NCBI GenBank assembly: GCA_021810455.1
Contig: JAJZIU010000001.1
Location: forward strand, 4,613 to 68,612
Direction: 5' to 3'
Length of the DNA: 64,000 bases
Origin: Candidatus Micrarchaeota archaeon
GTDB lineage: Archaea > Micrarchaeota > Micrarchaeia > Micrarchaeales > CABMGC01
Below, in pieces: positions 36,466-43,500 of the stretch. Position 1 is the first letter of the stretch. Each line of letters starts with the position of its first letter. Under the pieces are notes generated by a model. That model was not told the DNA's origin. It saw nothing but the letters and a program-made list of their open reading frames with translations, and did no database searches. A program made the translations under genes and the position numbers.

Positions 36466-37182
36466 TTGTTGGCGATCCTTGTGAAAACTAAAAAAACAAA
36501 TAAACACCGTGTTTTGCGTAATAATACTAAAAAGAGCGTTAAAAAGAATAGAACCTCAAGAGTAGTGATCAGAAACACCGATACCGTTCGTTCAAAACGA
36601 GTGAAAACACAAAACGCAACAGTTAAAAAGGGGTTAACAAAACCGAAGATGTCAAAAGCTGGCAAAACGTTTCAGAATGGAGAGATAGATGCAGTAAGTA
36701 AAGAAATTGCAAGAAGCACGATAGATAATCACGCTTTTTCAGATTATATAGCAAAAAACATTGGTAGCAGAGCTAACGATGTTCTTTCGGAACTATGTAA
36801 CAATTCACAGATAGATGACGTTCTTGCTGAAAAACTAAGTCTTAAGATAAACGAAACGAGAAGAATATTGAATCTACTTAACGGATACGGGATCGTTAGG
36901 TATGAGGTTAATAAGGATAAAAAAGGATGGCTGACATTTAGGTGGTATATAGACGGTTCTTCTCTAACCGAGTTCAGCAAACAAGTAATAGAAAAGGCCA
37001 GCGAACACAAAGAAACGCTGCCTTCAGACTGTAATGATTTTTTCATGTGCCAAGAATGTTATAAAAAACAAAAGATCATATTCCCATTTGATGTTGCTTA
37101 CGAAACTAATTTTAAATGTGAATGCGGAGAGAGTTTAAAAATGCTAACAAGAGCGGAAGCTGAAGCTGAATTTATACACTAA
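36466..37182 (+). CDS. tfe: Transcription factor E (TFE alpha) with a possible ~60-aa Lys/Arg-rich N-terminal extension
   Basis: The core from ~M62 (36649) has a winged helix (LSLKINETRRILNLLNGYGIVRY...KGWLTFRWYID) and a zinc ribbon (FFMCQEC....FKCECGESL), typical of TFE. The open frame continues upstream to TTG 36466 / GTG 36481 and encodes a K/R/T/N-rich sequence. Confidence 0.8.
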   Translation: MLAILVKTKKTNKHRVLRNNTKKSVKKNRTSRVVIRNTDTVRSKRVKTQNATVKKGLTKPKMSKAGKTFQNGEIDAVSKEIARSTIDNHAFSDYIAKNIGSRANDVLSELCNNSQIDDVLAEKLSLKINETRRILNLLNGYGIVRYEVNKDKKGWLTFRWYIDGSSLTEFSKQVIEKASEHKETLPSDCNDFFMCQECYKKQKIIFPFDVAYETNFKCECGESLKMLTRAEAEAEFIH

Positions 37183-37257
37183 AGCGAGGTAGGGTAGCAC
37201 GGAGTGCCCGCCGGGCTCATAACCCGGAGAACGGTGGTTCAAATCCACCCCTCGCTA
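37183..37257 (+). tRNA. Initiator tRNA-Met (CAU)
   Basis: AGCGAGG-TA-GGGT...GCCC-G-CCGGG-CTCATAA-CCCGG-...-GGTGG-TTCAAAT-CCACC-CCTCGCT-A. The A1:U72 pair and three G:C pairs closing the anticodon stem are initiator hallmarks in archaea. Starts on the nucleotide after the tfe stop codon. Confidence 0.88.
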
Positions 37258-37368
37258 ACCCTTTATTTCCACTATTTTTTAAAGTTATTTTTCAAAAATA
37301 TGAATTAATTTTAATTTAATATAGTACTATATATAATATATAACACACGAATAGTGGAAATGAACCCT
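37257..37368. repeat. 12-bp perfect inverted repeat flanking ~73 bp of near-pure A/T, bracketed by AACCCT direct repeats
   Basis: IR-L ATTTCCACTATT 37265-37276; IR-R AATAGTGGAAAT 37350-37361 (exact reverse complement). The interior has about 9 G/C in 73 nt by hand count. AACCCT occurs at 37257-37262 and 37363-37368. Confidence 0.6.
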
Positions 37369-37379
37369 CTGTTGGTCTT

Positions 37380-37823
37380 ATGGAAGATGATATTAGTATT
37401 ATATTTTCAAAATTTTCCGAAGAGAAAAAAACAGGAGAACTATTGCCTCTTCCGATAGATTTTTATTCAAGATACGGTAATAATACAAACGACGAATCTC
37501 GTGAAAACAAGAACAAAACCATATCCGCACTAAAAGCAAAAAGAATGCAAAAAATACTCGTGTACCTTGCTTATGGAAGGCCGCTGCCACAGCAGGTACC
37601 TGAAGAGGAAAAACACATTTATCAGGAAATCAAAAAACTAATATCCCAAAAAACAAAAGAAGACACAAAAAAACTAAAAATCCTGATAAAGATCCCAGAA
37701 ATAATAACCCCAGAAGGACAGAAGATAGGGCCTTATGAAAAAAACCAAATAATAGAAACAAGTAATAATAGCAATGTGGAATATATACTAAAGAATAAAA
37801 TCGGAGAAATTATAGAACAGTGA
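37380..37823 (+). CDS. GINS subunit-like protein (Gins51/Gins15-like, compact)
   Basis: 147 aa. N-terminal ELLPLPIDFYSRY...KRMQKILVYLA...VPEEEKHIYQEI resembles the GINS A-domain. C-terminal LKILIKIPEIITPEGQKIGPYEKNQIIETSN..VEYILKNKIGEII resembles the B-domain (v.vl.diP.f.g.dg..yGP...gd.........a..l...g.ae.I). Called by eye only. Confidence 0.5.
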   Translation: MEDDISIIFSKFSEEKKTGELLPLPIDFYSRYGNNTNDESRENKNKTISALKAKRMQKILVYLAYGRPLPQQVPEEEKHIYQEIKKLISQKTKEDTKKLKILIKIPEIITPEGQKIGPYEKNQIIETSNNSNVEYILKNKIGEIIEQ

Positions 37824-37828
37824 TAAAC

Positions 37829-38110
37829 ATGAAAATAGCAAAAGAGATAAACACATACTGTCCATATTGTAATGCGCACACTTTACATGTTGTAAAGATG
37901 GTATCTAAGACTAAGCAGCGCGGTTTGGGGAAAGCAACACGAAGGCACGAACGAGCAATCAAGGGATACGTGGGTAGCGTAGAACTTAAAATCCATCCAA
38001 AAAAACTTGGTAAAAAACAAAAAGTCATACTCACATGTAAAAAATGTAATAAGCAAATCGAAAAGACTTTGGGGAAGAGGACAAAGAAGAAGATAGAAAT
38101 AAAGCGATAA
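37829..38110 (+). CDS. rpl44e: Ribosomal protein eL42 (L44e)
   Basis: TYCPYCNAHTLHVV...GYVGS...LTCKKCNK matches the eL42 zinc-ribbon layout. ATG 37829 preferred over the track GTG at 37820. Confidence 0.88.
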   Translation: MKIAKEINTYCPYCNAHTLHVVKMVSKTKQRGLGKATRRHERAIKGYVGSVELKIHPKKLGKKQKVILTCKKCNKQIEKTLGKRTKKKIEIKR

Positions 38111-38111
38111 A

Positions 38112-38864
38112 ATGATTATACAAAAAGAACTCCCTTCTACGGGGGAGTTAGTATTGGTTAAAATAACCAAAATCATGCAACACGGGGCATACTGTACCTT
38201 GGTAGAATATAATATTGACGCCTACCTTCCAATATCTGAGGTTTCTACTGGTTGGATAAAAAACATCCACGAATTTATAAAAGAGGGGCAGAGCGCAGTA
38301 GCTAAGGTAATAGCTGTAGACAAGCCAAAAAAATCAATAGACGTTTCGTTAAAAAAAGCAACACTGAAGGAAAGAACCGTAAAGATGAATGATTACAACA
38401 CAGAAAAAAGATCAGAAAAACTATTCGAACAGGCTCTTACCGATTCAAAATTGGAAACCCAGAAAGAAAAAATCATAAACGAAATCTCAGAACACACCAG
38501 GACATACACCGAACTCATATTCGGTATATCCGAAAACAAGAACTACGCTGACTTTATAAAAAACGAGAAGCTCAAGGAAGCCCTTTTGGATATAGTTTCT
38601 AAAAACATAAAACCAAAAAGATACATAGTTTCGTATATCATGGAGCTTAGATCCGCCAGCGCAAAAAGCGGAATAGATATGATTAAAAAAATACTCGCCG
38701 AAATTTCAAGTACCGGAACTGAAATACTATACCTCGGCGCCCCTAAATATAAACTAACTTCCGAAGATTCTAGCTATCCAAAAGCCGAATCTAAGATAAA
38801 GGAAACACAAAAAATACTTGAGAAGTATTCAAAACAGATAGAGTTTTCAATAAAAGGCGCATAA
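38112..38864 (+). CDS. eif2a: Translation initiation factor aIF2 alpha
   Basis: 250 aa. N-terminal S1 domain LPSTGELVLVKITKIMQHGAYCTLVEYN.IDAYLPISEVSTGWIKNI..FIKEGQ..VAKVI.VD. Canonical position after L44e. Confidence 0.9.
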   Translation: MIIQKELPSTGELVLVKITKIMQHGAYCTLVEYNIDAYLPISEVSTGWIKNIHEFIKEGQSAVAKVIAVDKPKKSIDVSLKKATLKERTVKMNDYNTEKRSEKLFEQALTDSKLETQKEKIINEISEHTRTYTELIFGISENKNYADFIKNEKLKEALLDIVSKNIKPKRYIVSYIMELRSASAKSGIDMIKKILAEISSTGTEILYLGAPKYKLTSEDSSYPKAESKIKETQKILEKYSKQIEFSIKGA

Positions 38865-38865
38865 C

Positions 38866-39639
38866 TTGAAAAACACCAAGATAATGTACGATAAAAAAGC
38901 AAAACTTAAAGAGCCCATACTACTGGTTGGGTTGCCTGGTATAGGTAATGTTGGAAACCTTGTAGTGGAACATATTCGAAGAGAACTGAATGCAAAGAAA
39001 TACGCGACGTTGAGATCCCCTCACTTTCCTCACCAAACAATAATGTTAAAGAATGGTAGCATGCGTTTAGTGAACAACCGATTCTACCACTGCAAAAACA
39101 AAAACGGCAAAAGCCTAATATTGCTCGTTGGAGATGCACAGGCTGGAGGACCAAAAGGTCAGTATATAGTAAATGATAGGATAGTTCGTTTTTTCAAAAA
39201 AATAGGCGGAAAGCAAGTATATACCATAGGAGGGTATAGTGCAGGGAACAACTATGTGCAAAATCCTCGTGTATTCGGTGTTTCCACAAGTAAAACAAAC
39301 AGAGAAAATCTATCTAAAAACGGAGTTATTTTTGGACAGGCGGCAGGATCTATTTGGGGCTCTGCAGGAATCATCCCTGTTTTTGCAAACGACTATGGGA
39401 TACCAAGCGCATGTATAATGGGGGAAACAGGAATGCTTGAGATTGATGCTAATGCAGCCAAAGCGGTTTTAGAATTGCTAAAAAACATATTAAACATAGA
39501 TATAAAACTGGATAATCTCGAACGCATTAAAAAGGAAACTGAAAAAATACTTAAAAATATAGAGGAAGCATCAAAAGAACAGGGAGATCAACAAACGCCA
39601 GGGTACAAGAGCAACGAAAATCTTTCTTACATCAGATAA
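38866..39639 (+). CDS. PAC2-family protein (proteasome assembly chaperone-like, COG1938)
   Basis: 257 aa. PILLVGLPGIGNVGNLVVEHI matches the PAC2 N-terminal motif, with a coiled C-terminal tail. The start could be TTG 38866 or ATG 38884. Confidence 0.72.
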   Translation: MKNTKIMYDKKAKLKEPILLVGLPGIGNVGNLVVEHIRRELNAKKYATLRSPHFPHQTIMLKNGSMRLVNNRFYHCKNKNGKSLILLVGDAQAGGPKGQYIVNDRIVRFFKKIGGKQVYTIGGYSAGNNYVQNPRVFGVSTSKTNRENLSKNGVIFGQAAGSIWGSAGIIPVFANDYGIPSACIMGETGMLEIDANAAKAVLELLKNILNIDIKLDNLERIKKETEKILKNIEEASKEQGDQQTPGYKSNENLSYIR

Positions 39640-40298
39640 GATAAGAAAACAACTACAAAAGAAAGCACCGCTCCAGCAACAGCGCAAAAAGCGTTTGATG
39701 TATACTTGTTACCAATTCCATTTTCCTCAAAGTATCCCGCAACAGAATCAATCAAATCTCCTACAAACCCTGAAACTACTGCTACTCCAACAAACACAAT
39801 ACTTTGCGATACATAAAAAGTGCAGATTCCTATAAACAAAGAACCGATAAACCCGAAAACGAGACCAGCAAAAGTAACTCCTCCTGAAACTCCAGGTTTC
39901 ACTTTTCTCATGGTAAGTAGCATGATTGGTTTTCCAAAAAGAACACCTAACTCACTAGAAAACTTATCCGCAGTAACTGCACATATACTTGAAACATATG
40001 CGATGACAATGGCCATACCTAAGACGCCATTTCCACCACTCAAATAATATAATATCGCCAAGATGAACGGTACAAATCCATTCGCAACTACATTTTTCCA
40101 TCCCCTACGTTCTTCATAAACTTTTATTTTCTTCTTTGTGCTTTTACCAATCATCGTAACTATTGCTGATAGAAACAGGAACAGAAGCAGCAAAGCTAGG
40201 AAAAACAAACCCAGGCGTCCTCCCGCGATCAAAACCGAAGCGCCTAATAGAAAAGCCAAAACAAGGCCTCTAAGGTCCAGGGTAAGAAATGTATTCAT
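39627..40298 (-). CDS. Integral membrane protein (DUF92/TMEM19-like)
   Basis: 223 aa with ~6-7 TM helices. Gly-rich helices (GVSGGVTFAGLVFGFIGSL, VSGFVGDLIDS) resemble DUF92. The 3' end overlaps the convergent PAC2 gene by 13 nt. Confidence 0.55.
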   Translation of the reverse strand: MNTFLTLDLRGLVLAFLLGASVLIAGGRLGLFFLALLLLFLFLSAIVTMIGKSTKKKIKVYEERRGWKNVVANGFVPFILAILYYLSGGNGVLGMAIVIAYVSSICAVTADKFSSELGVLFGKPIMLLTMRKVKPGVSGGVTFAGLVFGFIGSLFIGICTFYVSQSIVFVGVAVVSGFVGDLIDSVAGYFEENGIGNKYTSNAFCAVAGAVLSFVVVFLSYLM

Positions 40299-40350
40299 GC
40301 AATCATAACAAGAACAAGCTCTACACTGTCGTAAATTCTATTCCAAAATA

Positions 40351-40360
40351 GATTTAAATA
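40351..40360 (+). promoter_or_regulatory. TATA-like element (GATTTAAATA) upstream of the acidic mini-ORF
   Basis: Same core as the tuf and histone/sRNA promoters. Lies ~43 nt upstream of ATG 40403, leaving room for a short leader containing GAGGTG (40391-40396). Confidence 0.4.
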
Positions 40361-40402
40361 GTTTTCTAATAATAGGTATTTGCTTTGAAAGAGGTGTCTC
40401 GT

Positions 40403-40516
40403 ATGGCAAAGAAAGAACAAAAAGACGACGATGAAGAAGACGAAGAAGACGAAGAAGACTGGGACGAAGACGAAGAAGACGAAGACTGGGACGAAGACAT
40501 GGATGATGATGAATAA
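40403..40516 (+). CDS. 37-aa hyper-acidic mini-protein (not in ORF track)
   Basis: Manual translation gives MAKKEQKDDDEEDEEDEEDWDEDEEDEDWDEDMDDDE. ATG is preceded by GAGGTG 6 nt upstream and by a TATA-like box. The stop (40514-40516) directly abuts the stop of the convergent giant gene (40517). The antisense track ORFs here are Ser- or Leu/Arg-repeat artefacts. Confidence 0.5.
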   Translation: MAKKEQKDDDEEDEEDEEDWDEDEEDEDWDEDMDDDE

Positions 40517-43500
40517 TCATCCGTATTTTTTGCGGATTGCGTAAATTGCCAATACTGAGGCAAGCGCAATCGCTAAAATAACTACTCCTAAGTTTCCATA
40601 TCCTAACTCTGCTAGTCCTATGTCCACCCCTTCTTGGGTATAATTAGGGAACCATTGGTAATTGAGTACATTAAATGTAGTGTACGATTTCGAGGTTGGA
40701 TCTGCAGATGAAGACAACCACGCTTGACTGGCTTGTAATGGTTGTGGGGAAGGAGACCCGTAAAACCTTGCAATTATCGTGGCACTCCCTATCCCACAAG
40801 CGTATATGCTGTTGCTAAAGAAACCCATCGAATTTGTTGTTGTTGTACCTACTAGCCCAAGCTGTGATGTGCACGTCCCTGTACCGTTGCTAAATATCGG
40901 TTGGCAGAATCTCTGTTGGCCATTTTGTCCCGGAGAACATGTTTGTGGAATATTTTTGTTTCCATCATTACCGTATATATTACAATTAGTATCTACTGGT
41001 ACAAGCAACGAATTTGGGGGAGGATTGCATTCTCCAAGCGAATTGTAGGCTGTTGAGTATGTTATGGTATTTGCGTTATTTGTCTGCCCTAAATAAACAG
41101 GATTTGCCAAAACGCAATTGCTAGGTATCTGTGCTCCGCTTCCAACATCTCCAAAAGCGCAAAGCATTGCATTTTTTTCATTAGATGGGTTTTGAAGTGC
41201 ATTGTATCCTATATAATTGATATTTGTATCATAATACAGATATATTAGCCCGTTTCTGAGAGGATAAAATTTATTGTTTATTGGACTGTAATATCCAACA
41301 GTACCATTTATGAAAATTTTTGTATCGTTTGCGTTATTCGAATTGACTACCGGGGTTACCTGTAGTGATATGCTTGTTGTATTCGCTATATCCGTATCAA
41401 GCGGGGCGTATATTGCGTTGCCGAATCTATCTCTTAATACAAAAACAAGCCTCTGATAACCTAGGACATTGGCAACACTTCCTGCGCCGTATTTAAAACT
41501 TGAACTGTTTATATTAAAACTCATAGGATTGTTGTAAACAATCTGCTGGTACCAATCAAAAAGCTTCACGAATGTAGGCAATGCTGAATTAATGTTGAAT
41601 ACGTTTTGATAAGATATGCCTGTCCTGGTATTAGTCGCTATCTTTTGATTTCCAACAAGAGCATACGCGGGTCCATTATAAGGGCCGTAAGGCAAAGAAG
41701 ATATTGTTTGATAACTCAAAGGCCCTAATTGGGTATTAAAGACAGTATTTATTATGTTGTACTCTAAAAGATCGGTTGCATTAAGCACCACTTGGTTATT
41801 CGTTGTTGGTCCTGTGGTAGCATTTACGTAAATGCTACCAAACTGCTTGTCTCCCTGAATATTCATTATCATCTGTGGATTTATGTAAGAACCTAGGTCA
41901 GACATGTTCGGAACATAATAATTACTTCCTTGGGGCCCGCTAAACTGAAGATAAATTCCACCCCCTTCAACATTTGCAGAAAGTGAGTTGGATCTTGCAT
42001 TTATTATTCCATAAGAAAAAATCTCGCTTGAACTTGAACTGGAATGACTTGATGGTGGGTTACTACACGATGCACCCTGCTGTATTGGTACCCCCGTGCC
42101 TGAAAATTGCCAATTCTGACTGGTTGAGTATGTGTATTTGTACGGTACCAACACATAACCTATAATATTGCTAGTCATGCTTACCGGGGAGGTAACCACC
42201 GAAGTTCCTGGAGGTATTGAAACAGACGTTCCCGTTATGCCACCAAGTTCCGAATTTGTAGGAGGTGTAAACCCTGAAAAACAACTCGAGTATGAACTCG
42301 AATTCAAAGAACCAGATTGCAAACTATTTATACACGTTTGATTGTAACTCTGCGATTGCTGTGACTGTGGACTTCCTCCTCCTCCAGTGAACGCAGATCC
42401 GAATAAATTCTGATATGATAATATTCTACCCGATCCCGTACTCTCCAAATACTTGAAAGGATCCGCAACCGTGTATATCGGTGCTGCAAGCTGATCTAAA
42501 TAAGAACTAGGTTTGCACGAGTTAGAATTCACTCCGGTATCTACAAAACATGAGAATAAACCTATTCCATCCAACAATCTTGTGTAATTTTCAATGCTTA
42601 CTTTTGCAAACAGAAGTTCTCCGTAGTCATTGGCAACAGTCTGGCAGTTAAGAAAACAGCCATTGTTGATGTGCTGCTGCGATGGGAATAAGAAGTCAGC
42701 AGTATAGTTATAATTTACTGAAAAACTGGACTGAGCTTCTCGTGGCACGCCACAACCTATGCCTATTCCAAAAGGCAGATTGAAGCAAGCTATGGCTTGA
42801 ACATTCGGTCCTAGTGACAAATAGCTCGATTTCAAGTTGTTTGGATTATAATCGCACGATTCTGAAGAACAAAAAGAAACATAGTTGCTATTATGTCCAC
42901 TTTCTAACACGTTTGCAGATAATACCCACCCATAAGGTGGATATGTATCATTAGGATAGAAACCAGGAGTGGCTGTTGTATAATACGTTGAAGTTGGTTG
43001 CCCCCCTGCACCAACACACTTATACTGGTATGTAGGAGCCTCTCCAGTTCTTGCACTAGTAACTCCCAAAGCACTGCCTGGACATGTTGATGAAATCTGT
43101 GGAGAACAGCCAACCGCAGCATTGCAATTAGGAACTACTCCACATTTAGATACTTGTGGTGTATTACATGTTGCCGCTCGCTGTGAATACATGTCGTTGA
43201 ACTTCGTAGGGTTAAATGGCACATTGGTTCCAGAAGAATTTATGACTCTAAGTAATAACGTATTGAAAAAGACACCTTGTCCTGAAATCCCGGGCACTGG
43301 CCCCGGAGTGCCAACGTACCCTCCCCAATTGTCTAAAACATACAAATATCCATTAACATCCTGAATACCTATTGGGTGGTGAAATGCTTGCGTATCAAAT
43401 GCAAGACCTTGATACTTCTGCGTTTGTACTGCTGATAGTGCAGACTTAATCCAACCTGGTGTAATACCATATAATCCGCCATTCTCCAAATACGTCGCAA

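Noticed and set aside
36322-37368. Integrated mobile element or prophage at the tRNA-Lys / tRNAi-Met loci
   Set aside because: There is no integrase, transposase or phage-like gene next to either tRNA. The genes between and after them are core (tfe, GINS-like, L44e). Only the ~100-bp inverted-repeat / direct-repeat element is retained as a finding.
40430-40500. Short tandem repeats that might be mistaken for a CRISPR-like or satellite array
   Set aside because: The units are 9-21 nt codon repeats without spacers, sit inside a plausible ORF, and have no cas genes nearby. No CRISPR array was seen anywhere in the window.
40503-40556. GATGATGA followed ~40 nt later by CTGA (C/D-like)
   Set aside because: The TGATGA is part of the Asp-codon run of the acidic ORF. 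There are no internal D'/C' boxes, and the region is coding on the opposite strand.
40338-40569. Two minus-strand track ORFs (60 and 67 aa) made of Ser runs or Leu-Arg runs
   Set aside because: They are the other frames of the (GAA/GAC)n triplet array. Only the plus-strand frame has ATG, GAGGTG and a TATA-like box. The 67-aa ORF would also overlap the 3' end of the giant gene.
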